Position numbers and translations under genes: made by a program. A stretch of 64,000 bases of DNA from Candidatus Cloacimonadales bacterium (GTDB lineage Bacteria; Cloacimonadota; Cloacimonadia; Cloacimonadales; JAIOQZ01): assembly GCA_963674825.1 (NCBI GenBank), contig OY771587.1, positions 2,496,001 to 2,560,000 of the forward strand. The letters run 5' to 3'. Below, piece by piece: positions 18,648 to 28,700 of this stretch. The notes under the pieces are model-generated. The model searched no databases. It saw nothing but the letters and a program-made list of their open reading frames with translations, and was not told the DNA's origin. Every line of letters starts with the position of its first letter. Within the stretch, counting starts at the first letter, position 1.

Positions 18648-18902
18648 ATGGACCGAATTGAAAAGAGTATGCGAATGGTGCCGGAGGATTTCGACATCAT
18701 CAGCGATACTTCCACGCATACCGGAGACTGGTATGCAATCCAGAGCTATAACGCATCGTTTCCGTCTTCCGGTAACACCGTGGGCGGAGCGGACAAGGAT
18801 CTCTCGTCGCTTAATGGCGAGCTTCCTTACGGCGACATCACCTACGGTCACTTCACGCAGATCAGACTCAGCGGCGGGAAGATCAAAGCCTACAAGGGTT
18901 GA
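18648..18902 (+). CDS. Small virion protein
   Basis: AGGAGGG RBS; C-terminus ITYGHFTQIRLSGGKIKAY. Confidence 0.55.
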   Translation: MDRIEKSMRMVPEDFDIISDTSTHTGDWYAIQSYNASFPSSGNTVGGADKDLSSLNGELPYGDITYGHFTQIRLSGGKIKAYKG

Positions 18903-18905
18903 GCC

Positions 18906-19805
18906 ATGCGTAACGTAGCAATCAACATCCTCACCGATTCTCCGCCCGAGCCGATGGTTGTCATCAAGGCATTCATCACGAATTTCGCCAGCCAGACAGT
19001 GACGATAACCATTCGTGGTATCAGCGGGGCATCATCGAGGATCGACTGGGGCGACGGATGCGCAACCGAATGCAGCCACAACGATCTGGATATCGAATAT
19101 ACGCATACCTATGCCGACAACGGTACATTCACGATCAATATCACAGGTAAACTAAATCTTATCAAGCGCTTCTACGCGTACAACCAGAGCTATATCGGCG
19201 TCAAGATCGAGACGCTCCGCTTTATGAAATCGGTTGATAATCTGTATTGCCATTACACGGCCAGCTACGGCGACATTTCGGTAGGACTGGCTCCCCTGAA
19301 ATCGCTCAAGATTCTCTATCTGAAGCAGACGAATCCTGATAATATCTACGGCGATCTCTCGGTGTTCAATGGTAAGACGTCGACCCTTATTATCGATCTC
19401 AGCGGTAATATCAGGCTGACCGGATCGCTCTCAAACTTCTCGGGACTGGCCGGCATGACGAAGTTGTCTTGCTCGGGAGTGAAGGTCGATGGCGAAATAT
19501 CGGATCTTGCCGATAAACCGCTCGAACTTCTGAGGCTGGACAATACGGGCATTACCGGCTACACCTCAACCGCTCTCTCCTGGAATGTGATCCAGGCGAA
19601 TTTCGACAACCTGTACGGTCTGACAACTCACGAAATCTCGCAGATACTTGTGGATGTGGAAGCTATCGGTAACAGCGGCGGTTCGCTCGATTTCGGTGGG
19701 TGCGGAACCGGATATTCCGACCTCGACTTGGATGGACAGACTGCACACGATATCCTTCTTTCCAGAAGCTGGGATATTACTCTGGATTCTGCGGAGGTAT
19801 TATGA
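18906..19805 (+). CDS. PKD-like plus leucine-rich-repeat protein, candidate receptor-binding/fiber protein
   Basis: IDWGDG..HTYADNGTFTINI (PKD-like); repeated GDIS.L..L..L..L.L....I.G units. Confidence 0.65.
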   Translation: MRNVAINILTDSPPEPMVVIKAFITNFASQTVTITIRGISGASSRIDWGDGCATECSHNDLDIEYTHTYADNGTFTINITGKLNLIKRFYAYNQSYIGVKIETLRFMKSVDNLYCHYTASYGDISVGLAPLKSLKILYLKQTNPDNIYGDLSVFNGKTSTLIIDLSGNIRLTGSLSNFSGLAGMTKLSCSGVKVDGEISDLADKPLELLRLDNTGITGYTSTALSWNVIQANFDNLYGLTTHEISQILVDVEAIGNSGGSLDFGGCGTGYSDLDLDGQTAHDILLSRSWDITLDSAEVL

Positions 19806-19996
19806 CTGAACTGACACTGCGCTACAGGCTGATCTGGGAAGGGTCAACCAATGTGGTCCGCTGTTGCAAAGAGTTCAATAACGGAACCGTCACTCGCACC
19901 AATCATCCGTGTTTCGAGACCGATACTGCGTCGGAGATCGCAAGCTGGGTCGAACAGGAGAACCTGATCGTACCTGATACGATACAACTTCCATAG
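19802..19996 (+). CDS. Small protein (64 aa), possible fiber chaperone
   Basis: GGAGG RBS; ATGA overlap with the upstream gene. Confidence 0.6.
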   Translation: MTELTLRYRLIWEGSTNVVRCCKEFNNGTVTRTNHPCFETDTASEIASWVEQENLIVPDTIQLP

Positions 19997-20017
19997 GGTG
20001 TTCAACAGGAGGGCAAT

Positions 20018-20194
20018 ATGGATTGGAAAGTCATACTAAGACATGTAATGAACGTGCTGCCGGTCAAGGTGATCGTCGATGCGTTTATTGACTGGCTCGA
20101 TGAAATGGCGGAAAAGACCGAAAACAAACTCGACGACCACTCAGTTGAAGTCCTGCAACTGATTCTCTACAACGCGTTCGGATGGGCTCGCTGA
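20018..20194 (+). CDS. 58-aa amphipathic peptide, lysis-cassette associated
   Basis: AGGAGG RBS; MDWKVILRHVMNVLPVKVIVDAFIDWLDEMAEKTENKLDDHSVEVLQLILYNAFGWAR; below the ORF-track cutoff. Confidence 0.75.
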   Translation: MDWKVILRHVMNVLPVKVIVDAFIDWLDEMAEKTENKLDDHSVEVLQLILYNAFGWAR

Positions 20195-20619
20195 TGTCGT
20201 CAAACAGACATTCTCCCCTTTCATCTGAAAGGGGAGTCTTTTTATCGGAAGAAGGCTGGTGTGCGATCAACTTCTTCGTGCGGGAGGAGTTTCTATGTCG
20301 GTGTTGCGGTGAGGAAAGGATTGCTCGGGAACTTGTCTTGAAGCTCGATGATGCACGGCGTATTGCCGGGATTCCCATGATCGTCAATTCGGGATATCGT
20401 TGCCCGAAGCACAACCGGGAAGTCGACGGCTTCGCCACGTCGAGTCATCTCAGGGGCTATGCGGCCGATATATCAACGCCGGATCATCAAACGCGGTTCA
20501 AGATCGTCCGTGCGCTAGTTCTTGCTGGTTTCCAGCGCATTATCATCTACCGGGACAAACGGTTTGTACACGTCGATGTCGATCCCGAAAAACCACAGAA
20601 TATTATGCCGATCGTCTAA
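20194..20619 (+). CDS. Peptidase M15A-family Zn endolysin
   Basis: EEFLCRCCG, NSGYRCPKHN, SSHLRGYAADI, FVHVD. Start uncertain (ATG 20194 coupled by TGATG, or GTG 20278). Confidence 0.85.
   Translation: MSSNRHSPLSSERGVFLSEEGWCAINFFVREEFLCRCCGEERIARELVLKLDDARRIAGIPMIVNSGYRCPKHNREVDGFATSSHLRGYAADISTPDHQTRFKIVRALVLAGFQRIIIYRDKRFVHVDVDPEKPQNIMPIV
20213..20244 (+). terminator. Intrinsic-terminator-like hairpin at the 5' end of the lysin gene
   Basis: CTCCCCTTTCA-tc-TGAAAGGGGAG followed by TCTTTTT. Confidence 0.65.
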
Positions 20620-21422
20620 TTGACAGGCAGAAATCCGGTATCTTTAACGATTGCCTGGCCACGCTCGGAAAGGACGAAGCGGACGAAATCGCCGATATGA
20701 CCTCGCGGTTTTCCGTTGGTGTACATGTATAGCTTTCTGGAAAGGGCGTATTCTCCTGAAGATATGGTTTGACTTGAAGGCTCAACTTTTTCTATCGAGA
20801 GAGCTTTCAGGTGGCTTTGCAGGAAACCGATGCCGATATAACCGATAGCGGATTCGGTCATAGCCACAGCATCCGCGACCGATTGATTGCCCTGAACCAG
20901 GATGGCTGTAAGGGTCAGTTCTTCGTCTTTCAGCACGATGTGATTGAACACCTCAAAAGTGCCAGACGAGGGGTCGCGCGAGATAACCAGGATGGGTTTA
21001 TCTGCTCCACCAACTTCCTTCCACGAGGTGATCTTCCCTGTGTAGATATCCTTGAGCTGCTGGAGAGATAAGGTGTTTACTTTGTTGTTGGGATGCACGA
21101 CTACTGCGACACCATCCAGCGCGACCACGGTTCCGTGGAGGTCGATCCCTTTGCTTCTGGCTTTATCGATCTCTATTTTCTTTGCTGCTCGGGAGGCGTT
21201 CCCAACATCCGTTGTTCCATCGATAATGGATGATATTCCCACGCTCGAGCCGGTGGAAGCAAGTTCGATCTCCACGCCTGGATTCTCATCCTCGAAAATC
21301 TGAGCGCACTTTTCGGTAATGGGAAAGACAGTTGTTGAGCCGGTTATATTAATCAGATCGGCTGCAACAAGAGTCGAACCGAGTATAGCGAGTATCGCGA
21401 GACAGAATAACTTCTGATACAT
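20616..21422 (-). CDS. pstS: Phosphate ABC transporter substrate-binding protein
   Basis: GSTTVFP, GSSVGI, ASR, VALDG, SRDPSSGT, LSRKLYMY. Confidence 0.9.
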   Translation of the reverse strand: MYQKLFCLAILAILGSTLVAADLINITGSTTVFPITEKCAQIFEDENPGVEIELASTGSSVGISSIIDGTTDVGNASRAAKKIEIDKARSKGIDLHGTVVALDGVAVVVHPNNKVNTLSLQQLKDIYTGKITSWKEVGGADKPILVISRDPSSGTFEVFNHIVLKDEELTLTAILVQGNQSVADAVAMTESAIGYIGIGFLQSHLKALSIEKVEPSSQTISSGEYALSRKLYMYTNGKPRGHIGDFVRFVLSERGQAIVKDTGFLPVN

Positions 21423-21507
21423 GATCACCTCCGGGCCACTATTTGTATGACCTTTACGGGCAGGATGTTATTTGAGGATAATGATTTGAATAAAGACGCA
21501 TGAACCA

Positions 21508-23526
21508 TCAGACGCTTTCGTCTTCTTCCTCGAATGGATCCGCGTTTGCGCAGCCGAGTTTGACCATCGACGTTCCTTCCGTGTAGTCGCCGTATTGCAC
21601 CCGGTCGAGCTTTTCAATGTGCTCCATGATCCCCATAATTCGTTCAAGCGAGGTTTGAATACGGAAAACGAATCGAAGTTGATCGTCGTCTGCGTCACGT
21701 TTTTCGATATTGATACGCAGCATGTCCAGGTTCCCCTGAATGATCATCAATGGCTGATTGATTTCGTGATTCATGGTTACCGCCATTGCGGACATCGATT
21801 TGAGCCGCTCGAATTCGATAAGCTCTTGCTGCGCTTTTTCGAGCTGTCCGTAAGCGTCGGTGAGCGCTTCATGCTGTTCGCTGATCTTCATGTGTAGGCT
21901 TCGTTCGCGCCGTAACCGCGCGATAATATACCAAAGAAAAACGATCGCGCCGATCACCAGCAGTGCCATGGAGATCATCACGACCCGCTGATTGCGCGAT
22001 TTCAAGTTTTCTAGCTCCAACTGTGTTTCGTAGTAGAATTTATCGTGTTCAGCCTGTAAACGCTGCGCCGCCAGGTTGTTTTCCAGTTTCTCGATCTCTT
22101 TTTCCTTCTGAAAGCTCTCGAAAAGGATTTCCATCTCGGCCAGCTTCTGGTGTGAAAGATCGTCGTAGAGCTTATCCTGGAGGTTCATCGCCTGACGGTA
22201 ATGGGTGATAGCACTGTGAATGTTGCCCTGCTTCTCTTTCAATTCGGCGATGCTCTTCTCGATCTGAAGCTGATATTCCTTGTTGCCGCCACCTTCACGC
22301 AATACCACTGACGCCTCGCTAAGTGCAGAGATGGCTTCTGTGCTGTTTCCGGCCATGGCCTGAACGTCGCTGAGGTCGATCAGAAGTGCGGTGAGGAGTC
22401 GTGTGAGGCCTTTATCTTTCGCGATCTCAATCGATTTCTGGCTGTAGCGGATTGCGTCCTGAAATTCTCCTGATTCTGCCAGCGAAAGTCCGATCTTGCT
22501 ATTAGAAAGCGCCATACCTTCAAAGTTCTCGACCTTTGTGTAGGTCGAAAGCGCTTTTTTGAAGTACGTCAGGGCTGTATTGTCCTGCTTAAGATCGTTA
22601 TAGAGTAGGCCGAGATTCATGTAGTTGTCGCCCACATTCGCCCAGTTTTGCAGGCTGATATTCAGTATCTGCGCGTTGGTCATGTATTCGATTGCTTTAG
22701 GGATCTCGCCCAACTTCCGGTAGATAGTGGCCACGCGATCATAGACCACAGCCAGCATATCCTTTCTGTTAGCTTTGGAAAAACTGTCGATCGCCTCGAA
22801 GTACGCTGCCAGCGCTAAATCGAATTCTCCTTTACGCTGATGCGCGTTACCGACATTGATTGCCAGTTCCGCCGAAAGCAGTGGATCGTCGAGTTCCTGC
22901 GAGAGGATGTACGCTTTATCGTAGTATTCCAAGCTGTTGATGATCATCCCCTGGCGGTCGAAATATTGTCCCAACTGCCGGTACGCGCGAATCATAAGCG
23001 TGCGATCGGAGAGGGCGTTGATCTCCAGCACGGCTTCCATTGCCTCGCGAGAAGCAGCACGCATCAGGTTCTGCTGTTCGAAGAAAGTGGCGATTTCAAG
23101 GTGCAGGACAGCGATGAAATGCGAGGGGAGGGTCAATTTGGCATGCTTGATGGCATTTCGATAGAGCTTCTGGGCTTCTTCCTGATCACCGGCTTTGTTT
23201 TCCAACCGCGCGAGTTCCCATTCCGCGAAGGCCTCGGCAGAGTGCATATCGTGCCTTCGGCTGAGTTCCAGCGCTTTGCGGATATAGCGCGTAACCGCTT
23301 TGCTGTCGATGCCGGCGACATTGCTGCTGAGAAGCAAGTAGCTGACTCTGCGCTGTACTGGCAAAGGGCTGTCCTCGTTGATTGCGTCGAGTAGTTCAGA
23401 TTTCCAGCTGACCGGATCGCTCCGAACCGAATCGGCAAGTTCAAGATAGTCGTCAAGCCAGGCTCCGAAGAGCAGATTTCCAATCAAAAAGAGAAGACCG
23501 ATAAGCGACAGCCTCTTTATGATCAT
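21508..23526 (-). CDS. Exported TPR domain + TM + HisKA/DHp protein lacking HATPase domain
   Basis: Signal peptide, TPR repeats, TM helix, H-box TMNHEINQPL, then stop after ~80 aa. Confidence 0.8.
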   Translation of the reverse strand: MIIKRLSLIGLLFLIGNLLFGAWLDDYLELADSVRSDPVSWKSELLDAINEDSPLPVQRRVSYLLLSSNVAGIDSKAVTRYIRKALELSRRHDMHSAEAFAEWELARLENKAGDQEEAQKLYRNAIKHAKLTLPSHFIAVLHLEIATFFEQQNLMRAASREAMEAVLEINALSDRTLMIRAYRQLGQYFDRQGMIINSLEYYDKAYILSQELDDPLLSAELAINVGNAHQRKGEFDLALAAYFEAIDSFSKANRKDMLAVVYDRVATIYRKLGEIPKAIEYMTNAQILNISLQNWANVGDNYMNLGLLYNDLKQDNTALTYFKKALSTYTKVENFEGMALSNSKIGLSLAESGEFQDAIRYSQKSIEIAKDKGLTRLLTALLIDLSDVQAMAGNSTEAISALSEASVVLREGGGNKEYQLQIEKSIAELKEKQGNIHSAITHYRQAMNLQDKLYDDLSHQKLAEMEILFESFQKEKEIEKLENNLAAQRLQAEHDKFYYETQLELENLKSRNQRVVMISMALLVIGAIVFLWYIIARLRRERSLHMKISEQHEALTDAYGQLEKAQQELIEFERLKSMSAMAVTMNHEINQPLMIIQGNLDMLRINIEKRDADDDQLRFVFRIQTSLERIMGIMEHIEKLDRVQYGDYTEGTSMVKLGCANADPFEEEDESV

Positions 23527-23808
23527 CGTTTTCCCCGTACGTGTTTTACTATTCTTACGGTCCCGGTGCAAGACGGTGATAAATTTTCCGTTAAGGCACA
23601 TTGCAGGAGATTAAGACTGCTCTTTTGCGGTGTTGATGAGGACTCCGGACAAAACGTTAACAATCTTCAAGATAGATCAGCTCACAAATGAATATCGTTC
23701 GGCGCATTCTACATGGCCAGGGTAAAATGTTGGTTAGTTTTATACGTGAAGATTGCTTGGGCAATTGTTGAGCTTGACAGCTTCACGAGCGCACGTCATT
23801 GATGCATA

Positions 23809-24360
23809 ATGAAGAAAGAAGAACTCATCCGGATATCCAAAGCGGAAGCGCTCCAGAACTACCAGGCCGTGATGCCGTCCAACAGCGGTGAGGCGATTGA
23901 AAAATACCTGGCGCCGTTTCGCGAGCTGCTGAATAAAAACGGCAACACCACCATGTTTCAAAACTGCGAGAACGGCTACGCGTGGTGCGCTGTGTTCGTT
24001 CACTACTGCATGCTTCAGGCAGGCTACAATATCCCGTTCCAACCAATCCCCGGAAAACCGACGATGGCACTGGTCAGGACATGGTACGACTGGGCGATTC
24101 TGCCCGAAAACAACTTCTGGCGCGAACCATCCTCCTACCTGCCTCAGCCCGGCGATCTGGTGGTGTTCCGGCAGTTGCTCGAAGGCCAGAAAGACTACTG
24201 CCACATCGGCGTTGTGATCGAAGTCGATGCACAGGCGAAAGCGCTGCTTTCTGCAGAAGGAAACGTCGTATTCACGCTCCCTGACGGCTCTACAGGACGC
24301 CGCACCGAGCTCAAACAGCGTGCCATGAATCACACCATACAGGGATATATCGTGTTCTGA
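23809..24360 (+). CDS. CHAP-domain protein
   Basis: AWCAVFV, PQPGDLVVF, HIGVV, AEGN. Confidence 0.75.
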   Translation: MKKEELIRISKAEALQNYQAVMPSNSGEAIEKYLAPFRELLNKNGNTTMFQNCENGYAWCAVFVHYCMLQAGYNIPFQPIPGKPTMALVRTWYDWAILPENNFWREPSSYLPQPGDLVVFRQLLEGQKDYCHIGVVIEVDAQAKALLSAEGNVVFTLPDGSTGRRTELKQRAMNHTIQGYIVF

Positions 24361-24455
24361 TCGGTTCGATCGTGAGTGTATTTCAGGAATTCATTGACGA
24401 AACGCGTACATGATGCCACCATTGCTTATCGAATCATCTGATAAAAGGAAACGGT

Positions 24456-25742
24456 ATGCGCATCGAACTACGGAATTGCACACGAATCCATCCCGGGAAG
24501 ACGGGCTTGACGCTCGTTCAAGGTCCAATTTATATCAAAGACGGCAATATCGTCGAGCAACTCGATACCGTCGATCGGATCATCGATTGCGGCGGACGAA
24601 TCTTGCTGCCAGGGCTGGTCAACGCGCATCATCATATCTATTCCGCACTCGCGAAGGGTATTCCCTCTACCGGGCCGCTCAACGACTTCCAGGGCATCCT
24701 GGATAAGCTCTGGTGGCGGTTAGACCGTACCTTGAACGAAGAAGACATCATCCTCTCCACCGCTCAGACGATGGAAGACTGTATCCGATGCGGCGTTACC
24801 ACCGTATTCGATCACCACATCTCCAGCTCGTTTATCGACGGTTCATTGGAGCGCATGGGCGAGGTTTTCGACGCCTACGGACTCAACGGTGTGCTCTGCT
24901 TCGAGATCTCGGGGCGCAACGGTCGTGAGGTATTCCGGCAATCACTTGAAGAGAACATCCGGTTTCGTGCAAACGCCAAGGGCAATCTGCGCGGCATAAT
25001 CGGGCTGCATGCATCTTTCACCCTGACGGATGAGCAACTCGACGAGATTTCCTCCCGGATCGACGGCGCCCCCATCCACATCCACGTAGCCGAAGCCGCG
25101 GACGATATTCGCATTACCCGCGAGATAAGCGATATGGGGATCATCGAACGGCTCGAGAAACATGGACTGCTGACACCCAATTCGCTTCTCGTCCACTGCA
25201 ATTTACTGGATGAAAGCGAGATGCGCAAGCTGGCAGAGCTGCCATTATTCGTTGTGCACAACATCGAATCCGCCATGAACAACGCGCTCGATATCGGCAA
25301 TATCCACAAGATGATCGCGCTGGGCATGCATGTGGCGGCAGGAACCGACGGCATGAGCTCGAACATCCTGAAAGCGTTACGCACGAGCTTCCTCTATACC
25401 AGACAGCTAAACCGCAATCCCGACATCGGATACGCCGAATTCCAGTCCATGCTTCTCGAGAGCTGGCGCATGAAAGAGGCCTATGGTTTCCAACTCGGCG
25501 TAAATCCGGGCGAGAAAGCCGATCTGGCAGTCTTCGATTACATCCCGGTAACGCCGGTGCACGAAGGCAACCTGGTGGGGCATCTGCTCTTTGGCGTGGC
25601 GGAATCAGCAGCGCGCTGGGTGATCAAGGATCGTGATATTCTGCTGGATGACGGCAGGCTGGTTTGCGACTTCTGCGAAGACCGCCTGGAGAAGAATCGC
25701 ACCATCGCGGAACGATTACACGAACGATTTACAACACAATAA
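24456..25742 (+). CDS. ssnA: SsnA-like amidohydrolase
   Basis: PGLVNAHHHIYS, LWWRLD, GLHASFT, HIHVAE, GTDG. Confidence 0.75.
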   Translation: MRIELRNCTRIHPGKTGLTLVQGPIYIKDGNIVEQLDTVDRIIDCGGRILLPGLVNAHHHIYSALAKGIPSTGPLNDFQGILDKLWWRLDRTLNEEDIILSTAQTMEDCIRCGVTTVFDHHISSSFIDGSLERMGEVFDAYGLNGVLCFEISGRNGREVFRQSLEENIRFRANAKGNLRGIIGLHASFTLTDEQLDEISSRIDGAPIHIHVAEAADDIRITREISDMGIIERLEKHGLLTPNSLLVHCNLLDESEMRKLAELPLFVVHNIESAMNNALDIGNIHKMIALGMHVAAGTDGMSSNILKALRTSFLYTRQLNRNPDIGYAEFQSMLLESWRMKEAYGFQLGVNPGEKADLAVFDYIPVTPVHEGNLVGHLLFGVAESAARWVIKDRDILLDDGRLVCDFCEDRLEKNRTIAERLHERFTTQ

Positions 25743-25757
25743 CATTAGGATAAAGCT

Positions 25758-28700
25758 ATGATAGGAGAACGAGTTATACGAATTGACGGCGAAGCGAAGG
25801 TACGGGGACGAGCCCAATTTGGCGACGACCTGAATCTTCCCGGTATGCTATATGCAAGCTGCCGTTTTGCCGATATCACCTGCGGGAAAATCACCCGGAT
25901 CGATCTTTCCAAAGCAAAGGAAGTCCCCGGTGTGGTGCGAATCGCGATGCACGACGATGTCCCGGGAAAACCAACAATCGGGCTCATCCGGCAGGATCAA
26001 TACCCGCTCGTAGACGACCGCGTCTATTACCAGGGTGATGTGATCGCGATTGTGGCCGCGACAACCCTCGAAGCCGCGCGTAAGGCGGCGGAGGCGATTG
26101 AAGTCGAATACGAGGCAGAAGAAGGTATCTACGATATCGAAGAAGCCTACAAGCCTGGTGCAAAGCTGATCCATCCCGAATACGAGACCAACGTCGTGGT
26201 GCACTATCCGCTGCGGAAGGGCGATGTGGAGAAGGGTTTTGCAGAGTCTGATCGCGTAATGGAACGGACCTACCGCACCGGCTATCACGAGCACGCCTAC
26301 ATCGAGCCGGAGACAGTCGCGGCCGAGTCTGATATCAATTCGGGCGGCGTTCGGGTCTATGGCTCGATCCAGAATCCATATAATACGCGCGGAATTCTCG
26401 CTGGGTTCCTCGGCGTCCCGCTGAATCGCGTGAACGTTCTCGCTTCGGTTCTGGGCGGAAGCTTTGGCGGCAAAGACGACACAGCCACCGCGATGGCATG
26501 TCGTGTAGCGCTACTGGCGCTCCTTACCGAGAGGCCCGTCAAGCTTACTTATCGCCGCGAAGAATCCTTCCGCGAAAGCTACAAGCGTCATCCCTACATT
26601 TTACGCTATAAGGTGGGCTACAACACCGACGGCAAGCTCACCGCCATGAAAATCGACATCCTTGCCGATTCAGGCGCGTACTCCTCACAGACTTTCTTTG
26701 TCAACTGGCGTTCCGTCGTTCAGGCGACAGGTCCCTATGTGGTCCCCAATGTCCACACAGATATCCGCGGAGTCTACACCAACAATGTATACACTGGTGC
26801 GTACCGTGGCTTCGGTTCGCCGCAGATCATTTTTGCGCAGGAGACGCTCATGGACGAGATCGCCGCCGAATGCGGACTGAGCCCGACGGAGATTCGCGAG
26901 ATCAACGGCTTCAAAAACGGCTCCAAGACAGCTTCCGGTCAAGCGCTGGATGGTCATGAAGTGTCCGTGCTTCAGGTGATGAAGCGCGCTGTGGAGAAAT
27001 CGGATTTCCAGCGGAAACGCGAACAATACATCCAGAAGGAAGACGACCGCTATCGTTACGGTATCGGGCTGGCTATCAGCCATCGTGGATGCTCGCTAGG
27101 CGCTGAAGGCACCGATGCCGCAGCCGCAGTAGTTTCCATGCAGCCCGACGGCTCGGTGTATGTCATCACTGGACTTACCGAGAACGGGCAGGGCCTAAAG
27201 ACCACGTACTGCATGATCGCGGCGAAGGAACTGGGCGTAGAGCTCTCCGATATCGTTTTTCTGGATCCTGAGACAGCAACCGTCACCGATAGTGGCGCGA
27301 CGGTCGCGTCGCGCGGAACGCTCATGGGGGGTAAGGCGGTGGAAGTCGCGGCCAAAGAGGTCAAGAAGCGGCTCTTCGGTTCCGTGAAGGAGCACTTCGA
27401 AGCGGAGACTCCGGACGATCTCGTCTGGAAGGACGGCATGATTCACCGCGAAGGCTATGAATCGCTGGCAATGAAAGACGTCGCGAAAAAGACAGCCTTC
27501 TCTGGTGTGAATCTCTCGGCCTATGGCTGGTACCGTATGCCGGACGCCGAATGGCACCATCATACCGGCCAGGGACGCGCCTATAACACGTTTGTCTATG
27601 GCTGCCAGGTAGCGGAAATCCGCGTGGAGAAATCAACCGGCAAGCTCGAAGTATTGAAAATCACCGCCGTGCACGATGCTGGCACGATCGTGAACCGAAC
27701 CGGTGCCGAAGGCCAGGTCTATGGCGGTGTCGCGCAAGGTATGGGCTATGGTATGCTGGAGGACTACAACGTCCAGAACGGCGTGCTGAAATCCGAGAAC
27801 CTCGACGAATACCTCATTCCTACAGCAATGGATGTTCCCGATATCGATGCGGAGTTCATCGAAAATCCGGACGACTACGGTCCTTCAGGCGCGAAATCGC
27901 TGGGCGAGCCAACCCTCGAACTGACTGCAGCCGCCGTGAACAACGCCTTTGCTCACGCCATGGGAAGGCCGAGTGATTCCATTCCCATCAACCTTGAGAA
28001 AGCACTTATCGGCAAGCCCCTCAATAAACCGCATCGCAGCAGCGAGACTGGCGAAGCGAAGAAGCTCAGGCTGGGTAATCTGAGCGTCGAGCAACCCGCG
28101 ACCATCGCAGAGGCACTCGATATGAACCGTGACCAGGCAGCACGCTATCTTGCAGGTGGAACAGACCTGCTCGTACAACTGCGAAACTCCGCGAAGTCCG
28201 CAAGGCTGATCGACCTGAGTCGCATCCCAGAACTAACCACCTTTACACATAAAAGGATCGGGTCGGGCGTTACATTCACGAAGCTGTTGCAAGATACGGA
28301 ATTGATGGCTAAATATCCCGTGCTGCGGGAAGCGATCAGCCGTATCGGCGCGTTGCAGATCAGAAACCGTGCCACCATCGGCGGAAACATCGTCAACGCT
28401 GCGCCTTGTGCCGACTCCGTGCCGCCGTTGATTCTCTACGATGCAAAGCTGCGCATCGTTGGCCACGATGGTGAAAGGGAGGTAAACGCGGCAGATTTCG
28501 TGCGAGGAGCATACAGAACCGCGCTCAAGCGAGGTGAAATTCTGGAATCGATTCTGCTACCTGAGCCTGAGGGGAATTTCCTCTGGGCGTACTACCAACT
28601 TGGCCGGCGCAACGCCATGAACATCACGCGCATGAGCTGTGCAATCACGGCGAAGCTCGATTCGAGTGGCATCATCGAAGGTTGCCGGATCGTGCAAGGA

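Larger units (their letters stand above)
10186..20619 (+). mobile_element. Phage-derived head-tail-lysis operon (GTA-like or domesticated prophage remnant)
   Basis: Co-oriented, tightly coupled structural genes; no integrase, replication, terminase or portal genes and no att repeats seen. Confidence 0.8.

Noticed and set aside
10928..19996. Diversity-generating retroelement, suggested by the BPP-1-like capsid
   Set aside because: No reverse transcriptase and no TR/VR repeat pair seen
13154..19996. Contractile injection system or R-type tailocin
   Set aside because: No sheath, baseplate wedge or VgrG/PAAR recognised, and head genes are present
4658..20619. Prophage integrated at tRNA-Arg
   Set aside because: I found no duplicate of the tRNA 3' end and no integrase, and host genes (amt, pilins) separate the tRNA from the virion genes
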